Assembly: GCA_043228905.1 (NCBI GenBank)
Contig: JBHGNT010000010.1
Span: forward strand, 19,778,001-19,842,000
Direction: 5' to 3'
DNA length: 64,000 nucleotides
Origin: Azolla caroliniana
Lineage: Eukaryota > Plantae > Polypodiophyta
A program made the translations under genes and the position numbers. Positions 24,829 to 38,102 of this stretch are shown here, piece by piece. Each line of letters begins with the position of its first letter. Position 1 is the stretch's first letter. The notes beneath the pieces are model-generated. The model worked only from the letters and a program-made list of their open reading frames with translations, was not told the origin of the DNA and made no database searches.

Positions 24829-27800
24829 TGTTGAGAGACAAGCTCAACATCGGCCGGATCGGCTCAAGAAGCCGAGGACCGGATCGGTTGGGACCGATCG
24901 GTTAGGCCGAATGCGTAAACCGGTACGCAGACCGGTGCGTAGGTAGGGCCGGATCGGTGCGTAAATTGGGAGGCCGTTAGGAAAGATATTCCGTGAGGAA
25001 TATATTTGGGAGTTAGTGTAGGAGCTCTTAATGAGTATTGAAGTACTGTCAGTACTTCGGTCAGTCCTTCTGGGACTTGTATAAAAGTGTTCATTGAACA
25101 CACATATGTTGAGAGAGTTGTGAATAGAGAGTGAGTATTTTTGTTGAATATAGTTCTTGTGTTTTCTCTCTCTCACTCCCTCTGTCTCTCCCGCGTATAC
25201 TGCGTAAGCTCAAGCTCTCCATTAAACCTGAGTTTTCTTCCTTCTGTTCGGTCTTCATAGTTGCTTCCGCACGCTACTTTTTACATGGTATCAGAGCGCG
25301 AGGGTTAGGAACCTCTCTGCAGCCGACACAGCTTGACGAAGAAGAACAAGAAGAACGATGGATAGAGGCATGGCGAGCTCGCTTCCAACAGAGAAGCTCG
25401 ACAAAACCAACTACGCGTCTTGGTCCTACAAGATGCACCAGTACCTGCTCGGGCACGGCTACTGGAGTTATGTCGAAGGAGCTAATGACGCGGCACCCGA
25501 ATCGACACACAGAGACTTCCCGTCGTGGGAGCAATCGGCGAGCAGGGTATTATATTGCTTCGCGTCGTGTGTGGGTGAACAGCTATTGAGCTATGTTCGG
25601 GATGCAAAGACACCAAAGGGTGCGTGGGAAAATCTGAAGAAGATTTTCGCCGCGAGCACCACAGCCAGGAAGCTTCAGCTCCGACAGGAGTTGAGCAACC
25701 TACGACAACGCGACTTGTCGGTGGCGGACTATACCTCGAAGATCAAGGATATCTGCGACTCCCTCGCCTCCATAGAGGTGAACATCGAGGAGAGCGAGAT
25801 GGTCCAGATCTGTCTCGGAGGTTTGGCATCGAAGTTCGGAGCGTTCCGAACGGCTGTGTGTACCCGGGAGAATACGCCGTCCTTTTTCGACTTACAATCA
25901 ATGCTCCTAGTAGAGGAGAACCACGCGGGTGCGTCTACAAGCATGCACACCGACAACAGAATGTTGTACACGGAGGGAGATAGGCCCCGTGGACGTGGAG
26001 GACAAGGCGAGTCGGCGCGCAATGGAGGTGGCCGACGAGATCAAGGAAGAAGGCACCGAAGTGATGCCGACAGCAACTCCGGACCATCCGGAAACAGGGG
26101 GAGTCGAAGCGATGAGAACCGGCAAGGGAAGGCCATCGCGGAGTGCTAGTACTGTGGCAAGAAAGGCCACAGGGAAAGTGAGTGTTAGAAGAAGCGCGCC
26201 GATTCGGAGAGAACCGGTTCTGGAAACGGCTCCGGACATACCGACAAGGGAGATCGGCAACGATCGCACTACGCCAAAGACCTCGGGAGAGCCGGAGAAG
26301 GGTCTGCCTTCGTGATGAGACACGAAGCAAACTCAATGAAATAGACCACCCCGACATCGGACGAGGTATGGTACGTAGACTCCGGCGCGTCAAACCACAT
26401 GACGAGCCATAAAGAGTGGTTCTCGTACCTTGAAAAACCGATGCAACCTGGAGTAGTCGCAACTGGAGACGACACTACGCATCCGATCGCGAATGTCGGA
26501 GAAGTTCCCCTTAGCCATGTCGGGCAGAAAGGGAAACTCATGAACGTGCTGCATGTTCCGACAATTACGAAGAACTTGGTCTCGGTCAGACAGATCGTCG
26601 ACCAAGGGATGGAGGTTCGGTTTACACACCTCGGGTGCTTCATTGAGGAAGAAGGCCGTGTGATTGCACAAGGGCGCAAAGACGGGAGGATGTTCATCCT
26701 CGACTCCACTAACGGCAGCACCGCAATGTTCGTGAAGGGACAAAAATCCGAGTTGGACATCGACTTGTGGCACAAGCGGATAGGCCACGTCAACTACCAA
26801 CGGCTTCAAGATCTGCAATCGAAACAGGTAGTGTTCGGATTGCCCAAATTTAGTGGCCGAAAGGCACAAATTTGTGAAGCCTGCCAGCTCGGGAAGCAAC
26901 ACTGACTTCCCTTCCCCAACGAGCGAAACCGGAGCCGGAACAAGCTCGACCTTATACGCTCCGATGTATGGGGGCCGGCACAAAACGTTAGTCTTGGCGG
27001 GAGCCGATATTTCGTCTCCTTCATCGACGACCACACGCGGCACACGTGGATCTACCTCATTGAGAGGAAGAGCGAAGTCTTTGACTGTTTCCGGGACCTC
27101 AAAGGGTTCGTGGAAACGGAAACGGGACGAAAGATCAAGTGCTTGCGGTCGGATGGTGGGAAAGAGTACTTTTCCAGTCAATTCAACAGTTACCTACAAC
27201 CAATGGGAATTCGCCGCGAATTCAGTTGTAGATACACGCCGGAGCAGAACGGCGTGGCCGAGAAGAAGAATCGGTCAGTTGTGGAAGCGGCACAGGCAAT
27301 GCTGGAGGAGAAGAGCTTGCCCAAGTTCTACTGGGCCGAGGCGGTAAGGACCGCGGTATACATCCAGAATCGGATCGGAGACAAAGTGTCGGCGCACGAG
27401 CTATATTTCGGAACAAAACCGAACTTGCGACACTTGAGGGTGTTCGGTAGCATTGCGTATGTGCATGTACCGAAGGAGAAAAGGAGGAAGCTGGACGCAA
27501 AGACCAAGAAATGCATCTTGGTTGGTTACTCGGACGAGCAGAAGGGTTATAAGTGCTATAACCCTCGCACCAAACAAGCGCATGTTAGCCGCAACGTTGT
27601 GGTTGACGAGTCCGCATCCTGGTACCAGCCCCCGACTCCAATCCGTGTTCTGACGATGAGGTCAGCGAGGCCGAGATGCCTCCAAATGAGCCCGAAATCG
27701 AGACCCGCGAAGAGAGTCCGATTTCACTCCGTTTAAGTGGACTGATTGGGCGACTGAGTTGGTACAATCAGTCCGATGAAGTGTCGGCGAGTAGTGGAGA

Positions 27801-30606
27801 CTCGGCCTGCACTCCCCGCGCAGGAAGTCAAGGAGACGGCTTACGCGCAAAGAGAAAGGGAAGAAGAAGGTGTCGGATTCCGGCACGGATAAGAACGAGT
27901 CAGACCGACACGAGTCCGACTCTGAGGGAACCGGTGACAGGTCTTTAAAGGTGAAGACCACGTCGAACGAGAAGGCCTCGACATCGGCTAATGTGAGATT
28001 ACGCCGATCTACCCACCAAAAGAACCTTGTTTTGCGGTTCGGATACAACGAGTACATGGCACATCATTATGCGTACATGACCCATATAGCAGAAGTGCGT
28101 GAGCCGGAGAGCTACGTAGAAGCAGCGAAGGACGCGAATTGGTGCGCCACAATGGAGGAAGAGATGCACGCATTGGCGGAGAACGAGACCTGGGACCTGA
28201 TTGACGCACCAAAGGGTGTGAAGCCGATCGGGTGTAGGTGGGTGTACAAGGTCAAGTACAACACCGATGGCTTGGTCAACCGGTACAAGGCTCGGCTAGT
28301 GGCAAAGGGCTACGCGCAGAAACACGGCATCGACTACGATGAGACGTTTGCGCCGGTCGCGAAAATGACGATCGTCCGTGTTTTGCTCGCAGTAGCTGCG
28401 GTGAAGGGGTGGCACTTACATCAGATGGATGTAAAGAATGCGTTCCTGCAAGGTGACCTTGAGGAACAGGTGTACATGGTACAACCCTCGGATTTCACTC
28501 TGGAACGAACTCCTCGGCAGTATGCCGACTGAAGAAGTCCCTTTACGGACTGAAGCAAGCCCCGCGTGCCTGGAACGCGAAGATCACGCAACAACTGCGT
28601 CGGATGGGCTTCGTCACGTCAAAATCAGACTCTTCCCTGTTCATCCGGAAAGGTCGACTCGGACCGGTTAGTATTTTGCTATATGATGATGACTTGGTCA
28701 TCACCGGCGCCGACCTAGGAGAAATCGACCGCGTGAAGATCCAGCTTGCGGCATCGTTCGACATGAAGGATCTGGGGGACCTTCATTACTTCCTCGGGAT
28801 CGAAGTGATCCGTACCCCGGAAGGCATATTGATCAACCAATGTCATTACGTATTGAGTATGCTTTTCAAATTTGGGATGGCCAACTGTAATTCCGTCTCG
28901 ACTCCTCGTCAAGCTTCGTCCCGATACGGGAAAGGTATGCGACCCGACGAGGTTCCGACAAATTGTCGGAAGCCTCATATACTTGACCATCACCCGACCC
29001 GACCTCAGTTATCCGGTCGGAGTGGTCAGTCAGTTCATGGCGCGACCTACCGAGGAGCACCTCTAGTGTGCGCAATGCATACTTCGGTATGTCAACGGCA
29101 CTAAGGACCAGGGACTGCTATATTGGACCGGTGCAGCCGCGCAGTTAGTCGGCTACACCGATGCTGATTGGGTTGGCAACTCCGCCGATCGCCGATCCAC
29201 ATCCGGATACGCGTTCTCCCTCGGGAGTGCCGCGATCGCGTGGAGCAGTAAGAAGCAGCCGACAGTTGCATTTTCGAGCACCGAAGCTGAGTACCGAGGA
29301 GCGGCTGTCGCGACATGCGAAGCCATATGGTTGAAACAACTGCTTAGGGACCTGCAAGAGGAGGTGTCAGATCCGACGACAATCTTCTGCGACAACCTCA
29401 GCAGCATCCAGCTCGCGAAAAACCCTGTTTTCCACGCACGGACCAAGCACATTGAGGTGCACTATCATTTCGTCCGTGAGCGTGTCCTTTCCGGTGAAGT
29501 TGAACTTCAGTACGTTCCGACGGATCGGCAGACTGCCGACATCTTCACCAAGCCTCTTGGTCTGGACAAGTTGCGGCAATTCTCAGGTGCGCTCGGATTG
29601 CGTCACCTCGACGTGCCAAACTTGAGGGGGAGAACAGTCCCGAACGACCAAGCAAGGCAGCAGGAAAGGAGCAGAGACCACGACACCAAGTCGGTTGACT
29701 CGGTTGTCAAGTTGGACTTCGGATCGGCTGAAGAAGCCGAGGGCGGACCCGCGGAAAAGTCCGGGAGCAGACAGAAGGGGAGCAACCGAAGGAGAGAGCC
29801 GAAGCCAACCATGCATGGGGAAGATGACGCCACCGAGGGCGAGAAGACCGAAGACGAGTTGGAGACAGCCAACTTGGACGAGAGCGAAAACCGATTGGAG
29901 GTAGCCGAGTCGGTTCGGATGTTTGATTCAGATACGCTGAATCAACCGAGGCCCAAGCGGAAGAAAAGGCAGCAAGAGAAGCGTCAACACCGCAACAACA
30001 GAAGAGCTGATAAGGGCCACATGAGCAGACAAACCGATCGGAAGGGTCGAAGTGCGCGGAGTCAAATAGGCCGTGGAGCGCGAGCGAGGCGTGAAGCCAG
30101 GAGGAACCGGAGCTGTGAGCCCGAAGATCCCGAAGAGCCTCAAGTTGAGCTTGAGGGGGAGTGTTGAGAGACAAGCTCAACATCAGCCGGATCGGCTGAA
30201 GAAGCCGAGGACCGGATCGGTTGGGACCGATCGGTTAGGCCGAATGCGTAAACCGGTACGTAGGTAGGGCCGGATCGGTGCGTAAACCGGGAGGCCGTTA
30301 GGAAAGATATTCCGTGAGGAATATATTTGGGAGTTAGTGTAGGAGCTCTTAATGAGTATTGAAGTATTGTCAGTACTTCGGTCAGTCCTTCTAGGACTTG
30401 TATAAAAGTGTTCATTGAACACACATATGATGAGAGAGTTGTGAATAGAGGGTGAGTATTTTTGTTGAATATAGTTCTTGGGTTTTCTCTCTCTCACTCC
30501 CTTTGTCTCTCCCGCGTATACTGCGTAAGCTCAAGCTCTCCATTAAACCTGAGTTTTCTTCCTTCTGTTCGGTCTTCATAGTTGCTTCCGCACGCTACTT
30601 TTTACA
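24829..30606 (+). mobile_element. Full-length Ty1/copia element B nested in the gypsy integrase; gag-pol disrupted
   Basis: LTRs 24829-25285 and 30162-30606 differ by about 10 substitutions plus a 12-bp indel (counted by eye). 5-bp TSD CTTTC at 24824-24828 and 30607-30611. PBS tggtatcagagc (tRNA-iMet) at 25286-25297. Domain order gag, protease (DSGAS), integrase, RT, RNase H, with several stops and frameshifts. PPT at 30150-30161. Confidence 0.97.
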
Positions 30607-31649
30607 CTTTCCATATTATCAGGAAGATTAATGATGTCGCTTTTCGTCTCGATCTACCTCCTCAACTTCAGATACATCCGGTGTTTCATAGTTCTCTCCT
30701 CGAACCCTATCACGAGAGCACCATCCCAGGGCGTATTATACAACCTCCACCCTCGATCGAGCTTGAAGATGGACCGGAGTACAAGGTTGCCGCCATCCTT
30801 GATTCCAAGATTGTTCGCAACAAGCTCTACTATCTAGGTGATTGGCTAGGCTATAGTCCCAGCGAACGTACTTGGGAATCGATCGAGAATGTGACCAATG
30901 CTCGTGCGCTTCTTGAAGACTTCCATCGGCAATATCCACACAAACCGCGTCCTCCATCCAAAACGACTCGTGACACTCGTCGTTTTAAAGGGGGGATAGT
31001 GTCATGATATGGTAAGACTCGAACCCATGACCTTAGGTTATATGGGTCGAGCTCTTGACCATTATATCATCAATTGTAATACGTAGGATATTATTTTCAT
31101 TTACATTTTATTATGGGAAATTAATGTATATTCCAGATTTCTCTGGAACATTCTAGAAGCTTCTGTAGATGCTTGTTGTGGGCAGAGTTGTAGTTGCATG
31201 GCAAACAATCGGTATAAGCATGGGAGTTTATGATATGTGTCAAAGGTGCTCTCTTTCTGAATGCTTATAGCGCCTCTACGTTTTATAGCGCCTCTTTGAG
31301 GTCAGGTTCATCATAGATGTCATGAGAATCTGTGAGAATGGTGTGAAATAGTGAGAAGGATTGTGGGGGTCCTAAACCAACCAATGGAGATGAAGTAAAG
31401 CTGTTATTTGTTTATTTTTGGCCTAGGGAAGATGGCACGTGAATGTGCTTGACAATTTTGTGTGTGAGCATATATAAACCTGTGCTTTGTGTTTGTGTCA
31501 TGTTCATAAGTATGTATATATATGAGTGGGCGAGCATTTCAACCAGTATTTTGCGTCATGTTTGTGACTATTTGTAATATATGAATAGGTATATGTGTAG
31601 ACGTAGTTGCATGAATATGGGCGTATATGTGTAAATTTGTAAGTGAGTG

Positions 31650-31710
<61 letters not shown>

Positions 31711-33499
31711 GTTTTCAAGCTTGGAATAGTTTACGTGCAAGGGAGACGGTGGCATTGGGTCGAGAACTGCTAGGTGGAAATGGCATTCTCACTGACTTTC
31801 ACATGGGGAAGGTTCGACTCACACATTTTTCTCTAGCCTTGTATTCGAGAACAGGGAAATAATACCAAAACATACCCATGTCTTTTTGGAAATTTGCCAA
31901 GAAAATACCCAAATAATATATTAGAATATCCGATAACAGTAACTTATGGGTGCTCTCATAAAAATTGCCAAGTCAAGGAATATTTGGTAATTTGGAAAAT
32001 TACGGATATTTTGGGAAGTATCCAAAAATGGTAGGGTATATATTGGTGTTTGACCCTTAGAAACATGCAAGCTTGCATTATATGTATATAGATTAGCCTA
32101 ACATTTTGAGTTATAGGCGTTCTGCGATTTAGAACTGATCTACACTTACGAAGGCACATATGATGTGAACTCTCTTGTTGTCGAAAGAGAGGTGACTAGG
32201 ATTGCAAGTTTTAAAGCTCCTTTTAAAAGGGAAATGGTGAAAGAAAATGGGTATATTTAAAAAACATTCTTGAAGGTATACATGCAAAGTTTTCAAGCTT
32301 GTTGAATGGAAAAAAGGATGATGAAAAAAAGCCTTTGATTATATGTATGTATGTGTATAGAAGAGGCAGGTGGGAGTCTATTTAGCAATAAGAAATGACC
32401 TCGGAAATATATTTTTATTTATTTTATCTGGAATATTCAATGAATCAATTGAGTTCATTCACAACTCACTTTTCTTTGAGTATCTCAATTTCCAATATAT
32501 AATATGTAGATAGGGACCTCATGTACCTTGGAGATTTGCTTTTTAAACAAATTATTTCTAAGGAAAGGGGTGTACAAAGAATTCCTTTGTAGAATCTAGC
32601 ATTAATGTGTATGTAGGGGAAAGATCAATGATTTTTATGGCGGTGTATTCCCTTAACCTATTTGTTCTTAAGGATAACCACCAAGGATGGATACCATGAA
32701 TTTAAGCATTCTAAATGTATTCAGAGTACATAAAGTATGTATACAAGTAATTAACAGACAATGATGACTTGATCGTGCACATGTATAGGAGAGGGGTGTG
32801 TGTGGAGGTTTGTTGAGGATGTACCCTGTTTTGATGGAGGCATATGAAGCAAAAATGCATTTACATTTTTCCCACCTCAGTAGTTCCAACCAAATTTGAG
32901 CATATATTATACAAAGAGGATATTAAACAACCCTTGACATGAAGTATTGGGGACTATGCACCAAATTCTTAGTTAATATTAGATGAGATACACATACATA
33001 AAATCAATTGATTGTGGTAAGAAAGCGTACTTTTGTTTTTTGTTCAATTGATCCACCTATGCAACTTTGTGTGATATGCATATTTTGATATTTATAAGCT
33101 CATTACGGTGGAGGTTACATACAATGCATGCTTTGGTTTTGGCCCAAAAATCAACTTTTGATGGTTGGGAGATCTATGGCCATCATTTAAAATTTCCTCA
33201 CCCTTGTCATATTTATTTATCTATGATGTTGCCCAACCAAACTCAAGGTGAGAGCATATACATAAAGCATAAAACAGATATGAAGTAGGACTTACAATGT
33301 GTACCTTCAGTCATAAGCATGTGTACAGGAAGCCTACCATAATGTGACATAATCCAATCTTCTAAATCATGTGTCAAATCAAAACCCATTGCACTATTGT
33401 CCACTTCTCCTTTTCAATGATTTCCATCTATCATGAACATGTCCCAAATTTTATACTTTTTCCAAGTTTCTCATAAGTATAACATGTTTGTTTGTTTGT

Positions 33500-34415
33500 G
33501 TGTGGTCTCTATGGTGTCTTATTATGTTCCTTTGCTACCATGGTCGAAGAAAGCTCTTGAAATGGTGTGACTGCAAATGTTGTTATGGAAAAGAAAAGGG
33601 AAAAGTGCATTGTCATGGTTAGCATGGGATCGTGTTTGTACTCCGAAGCGTATTGGTGGGTCATCAATATTGAATCTATATGAGCATATGGTGGCTCATC
33701 GATTTACTTTCATTCAATTTATGTTTGAAGGTGTACAACCTTGGACGGAAATGGTGGCATACTTTATAGAGAAGAACGGAATTAACCTTGGAAACAAGAA
33801 GGTTGAAGCTAATTGGTGGAATGCCATTAATTCTGAAAGAAATGTCAAATGTGCAAGGTCTCTAATAGTTAATCATTTGTTGATATCTTGGCAAAGTATG
33901 TTGGATTTTGTGGAATGGCATCCTCCACAAGAAAGGGAATGTGCCAATTCATTAGAAATGGAGGTTTTGGCAACATCAAGGTTTTGAGATGGGAAGGTAA
34001 ACCAATTCTTAACCTTTAATTTAATCGGATGGCTAGATTGGGTTTGGTAATAGTCAAGGATGCTATGTTGATGTCACAAAGAAGATTAATGGCCTTTCGA
34101 ACAACAAGATCAACATTTCGTATTCCAAAAGGTTATACCTTTATTTGGGATAAGTTGCACGAAATATTGCCTTCATATGAGCCAATTCCTGATTTAGATG
34201 GGGGATCTCAAGAGCTTGATTGGAGGTTTGTTGGAAATAAGAGATTGACTATGATTTCAACAAGTGTTGCGTATCACAAGTTGATTGACAAACATAAGTG
34301 GTTGGAAGAAAGAGTTATAAAGTTATGGGGTTTTCGTAATCCCATTACTTGGTGGTTTCATGTTATCAAGGCAGGTTGGTGTTCTTGATTGATGCTACGA
34401 ACTAAGGTATTTTGT
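33500..34415 (+). mobile_element. L1 LINE ORF2 C-terminal fragment, related to the LINE at 11200-15030
   Basis: SWLAWDRVCTPKRIGG...LNLYEHMVA and MARLGLVIVKD... parallel the peptides at 14200-15030. Confidence 0.8.
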
Positions 34416-34419
34416 TGAG

Positions 34420-37400
34420 AATCAAACTCAAATTCCCTAGTGTGGGAACACACCTTAGGAACACAATCCCGACAATGCACAGTACTTTAGATGAATATAA
34501 ACCTAGAAATGGTAAATGTCGATCCTTTAGACATAGGCAACACACGTAGATCAAAGGATCAAGGTGCGTACGCCACGAGCTTTGACCATCATTTGCTTGA
34601 ACTTGGCAGTCGGCACCAGATGGTCATATATAATGGTTTAGCCAAGTGGTCGGGCTCGGAAGAGCTCACATTGTTTCCCACATGGAGGAGGGGAAAGCAC
34701 AGTTGATTATCTGATAGGATGCCCTGAAGCTACCCACATGATTAACTCCTTCCGGGTGGCCCCGTGTTCTATTGGCGCGGACCATAATTTCTTATACTTC
34801 GAGCTAAAATGCGATATCTCTAACATCACCAACTCTAGTCAACCACGGCATCACACCACAATACATTTCACACATGAGCTCTCTAACATATATCCTCGAC
34901 ATGTTCAAGCCCATCCCTTCTCCCTTGATCCCTCCCTACCTTCAGAGAGCCTTAGTACGAAACTCACACACATCCTTCATTCCGCAACAATTAGCAGTTT
35001 CCCATATACGAAACACTCCAATCAAGGTAGATAAGGATTTATGCCACAAAATAGATGGTATGACGAGCATTGTAGGTACTTACATAGACAACTTACAATA
35101 TCGCAACTCAGTGGTAGTATTACCTCAGTACAAGATCGCAAAGAAATGCGCAAGTGACATGTCGTAAGAGACGAGCATGGGATGCATCCCAATATTGGGA
35201 ACTCTACCGTATGCTCATGAGTAGCGATTGATTACGGGAACCAAGACCACAAACACCCATCAAAGATCCTGAAACCTGGCACACATATACAAAGAGACTT
35301 TACCAAATCCCAAACCAACCACCCATTCCAATGCCTTCTACACCCCGACCTACCATGGGGACACTCTTCAAGACCTCTAGGATCACGAAGGTCATAAAGA
35401 AATTACAACATAGGAAGTCTATGGACCATACAAGATTGTGAGCAGAACACGTCATATATGCGAGAGAGTGCCTAACTCCCTTGCTAACTCTAATCTTCAA
35501 TCGTGCCCTTGCTTAGGGTTTTCCACCACAATGGACCATGAACACAATGACCCCCATACATAAAGGGGGGGACCCCATGGACCCAAATACATATAGGACC
35601 ATTATGATAGGTCATACCCTTGCTAAATTATATGGTGCAGTAATGGAGGTAGAGCTTTGTGATTATATGGAGACCTTAAATCTTCATACACCTGAACAGG
35701 CTAGACGAGCCTTCTCCACTATTGATCATATCTTCACACTTAGATGCTTAATTGACCAGACTAAGGCTCGCAAGAAGAAATTATATTGTTGTTTTGTGGA
35801 CTTCCGCAAAGCCTTTGACACGGTCCCTAGAGAGCGGTTGTTTGATAGGCTTAAAAGCTTGAGGATACCAGATGGCATGGTTTGGGCCATCTACGCACTA
35901 TATGAACAAGTGTCTGGGTGTATTCGATGCCCATGTGGCATATCCGATTGTTTCACTAGCACTATTGGTGTAAAACAAGGTTGCCCCCTATCTCCGACTC
36001 TTTTTGGGATCTACATTGATGAGATCACAGATTTTATTGCTCGTAAGAGAGGCAATGGAGTAGTCCTTGGGGATACGCAGGTTCGTATCTTACTCTATGC
36101 AGACGACATAGTTTTGCTCTCTAAATCTGAACATGACCTACAAAGGCACCTTAATGCCTTAGTTTACTTTTGCACACAACGAGGATTGGTAGTGAATCTA
36201 GGGAAAACTAAAGTCCTTATCTTCCACACGTCGGCCCAAGTTAGAGCTAAGTGTCACCTAACTATCTCCCATAGCCCAATTGAGGTGGTTGGATCATATG
36301 TCTATCTCGGTGTCACTTTCAGTGCCCGCTCAGGTAAATTTTTGATGACACAAGCAGCTAAGGATAGACTTACGAGAGGACATGCATCCCTCTCACTCCT
36401 CGAGAGACAATGCCATCAAGCATACTTCCAAGAGCCACAGACTAAAGGGTGGCTCTTTGACTCATTAGTGACTCCCTCACTCATGTATGCATCAGTGGTT
36501 TGGGCTCCAGGACTACCATCTTTCATGTGGACACAATTAGAGAGACCATTGGTGATGATGTTATCACGCCAACTCTGAAGCAAATCGACGGTCCCACATG
36601 ACATTATTAGGGCTGAGTTCACTCTACCCCCAATGTTAATAGAAGCACTTTTTCAACTTGTAGTCTTTATCCACAGGATACATAGCCAACCACATGATAG
36701 AATATCCCATAAAGCCTTTAAAGCCTCTCGAGCACTGTATGAGTCCGGCTATACTAGCTCATGGTATGGCATGATGGTGAGTTGGCTTCTTGTGAACGGT
36801 CTAGACATTAATAACCTCCCCCCCCCTTAAGTACGACCACACGATTGATAACACTTTAATCTCTCATGAGGACCACAATAAAGTAATACGCCAAGAAATA
36901 TGGCAAATTTATACTCGGTATAAATGGATCACCCCGCTAGAGGCACTCCCATCTAAAATGGTGTACTATAAGGAACACTTCATGCACTTCTCTAAGTTAA
37001 GTTTTATTACATGACCAAAATATCTAGATGTATTCTTACCACATGCACTAAGGGTTGTCATTGGTCAACTTAGAATATCATCTCACCAACTTGAGATTGA
37101 GAATGGACGTACTAATGGAGTCCCTAGAGAGGAAAGGATATGTAGGTTATGCCACATAGAGATAGAGGATGAGTACCACTTTACATGCAAATGTCCCACC
37201 TATGCCGAGATAAGGGCAAAATACCAAGACATACTTGGTTCCTCTCCCACCCTCCCTAAACTATTAGATACATTGGATATAAAGAAATTAGGCAGATACA
37301 TCCTAGAATTGAAACAACATGGAGAGAATAAGTTACAAAATGTTGACAATAATGTTGCTAATGTTTACCAGCATGTAACAAATGAAGTTTTTCAGGAACA

Positions 37401-37870
37401 AGGGGAGACAACGAATGTTGACACACTTGCACCACTCGGGCTTTTCCTTGATGAAGCATAAAATCAAAGAAGAACCAAACTCCCTCGGATGCTGGGTTTC
37501 AAAGCAACTCGATGTGATGTAGAAGCAATAAAGAAAAAAAGGGAACGTGAGCTACACCGCCTAGAAGCCATGGATGGGGCACTCTATACACTGGGACCAT
37601 GGGTCACATCCACACCAAAACCCTTTGACCTCTCACTTCTTTTCGAGGGGCTTGGGTGGAAATGAAATTAGGCTTAATGCAAAGTCACTTCTTTTTTATC
37701 AAGTATACCATGTTTTGTACACTACTAGAACTCTTTTAGCTTAAGCTATTTCTACTTTACTTTTATTTTAGTTTTGATGTTTGGATAAATACCTATTTTT
37801 GTTGTAGACCAACTGTCTCATGGGCCAATTTTGGCCTTAGAAAACGTTAATATATCTTTCTTTCTTTCTT
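34420..37870 (+). mobile_element. 5'-truncated non-L1 LINE (RTE-X/L2-like), degenerate
   Basis: Endonuclease end (VDYLIG...ADH). RT ORF 35538-36578 (FVDFRKAFDTV, GVKQGCPLSPTLF, LLYADD, YVYLG). C-terminal CCHC (ERICRLCHIEIEDEYHFTCKC) near 37135. The 3' end has a (tttc)n tail. Clade assignment is tentative. Confidence 0.85.
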
Positions 37871-37924
37871 AAATTAATTAATTAATTCACTCACTCACTC
37901 TCTTTTCTCGTAAGTACCTTACTT

Positions 37925-37985
37925 CCCTAGTGGTAAGTTGTTAACACTACAAGCACTGTGTCGTGGGTTCGAAACCCAATCTCCT
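37925..37985 (+). mobile_element. tRNA-derived SINE-like head
   Basis: A-box-like tagtggtaa and B-box ggttcgaaacc at tRNA-like spacing, with no complete cloverleaf. Confidence 0.45.
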
Positions 37986-38041
37986 CACCTCTCTATTATA
38001 TACTTCATATACTCTTAATTCACTAGATGCCACTGTGGAAT

Positions 38042-38102
38042 GTAGGGGTTGAACCCATGACCACTTGGTCTCCATTGGGCAACCTTACCAACTGAGCTAC
38101 AT
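38042..38102 (-). mobile_element. tRNA-derived SINE-like head or tRNA pseudogene
   Basis: The minus strand reads gtagctcagttggtaag...ggtcatgggttcaacccc, giving an A box and a B box. Confidence 0.55.

Larger units (their letters stand above)
20064..31163 (+). mobile_element. Ty3/gypsy chromovirus (Tcn1/Tf1/sushi-like), degenerate, interrupted by copia element B; 3' LTR truncated
   Basis: 5' LTR 20064-20499 (TGTCA...TGACA). Gag 20568-21488 (EPKIGLPTKFDG), followed by a CCHC knuckle. Protease LLDSGA, RT (YLDD at about 22870), RNase H (EADASDFALGSIL) and integrase (WQSIALDF...HPQTDGQAERTNQ). Chromodomain at about 30775-30930 (YKVAAILDSKIVRNKLYYLGDWLGYSPSERTWE). PPT 30987-30999. 3' LTR 31000-31163. 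Confidence 0.95.
16928..32260 (+). pseudogene. ACX4: ACX4-like copy 2, pseudogene split by transposon insertions and deletions
   Basis: Exons 1-5 at 16928-17003, 17207-17275, 17361-17447, 18125-18235 (4-bp ggct duplication near 18171-18178 causes a frameshift) and 18311-18388. Exons 6-10 are missing. Exon 11 is at 31169-31245 and exon 12 is deleted. Exon 13 (31719-31811) has its acceptor mutated AG->AA. Exon 14 (32117-32260) ends ...ENGYI*. Confidence 0.93.

Noticed and set aside
25907-27181. Long antisense ORFs (138-263 aa) within copia B, and similar ones in elements A and D
   Set aside because: They are shadow frames of GC-rich gag-pol coding sequence with no recognisable domains.
34413-34432. 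tgttgagaatcaaactcaa resembling a copia LTR start
   Set aside because: Similarity ends after about 19 nt and falls at the junction of two LINE fragments. No LTR body, PBS or TSD follows.
38042-38102. Functional tRNA gene
   Set aside because: A and B boxes are present, but the acceptor and anticodon stems do not pair convincingly, so it is treated as a SINE-like head.
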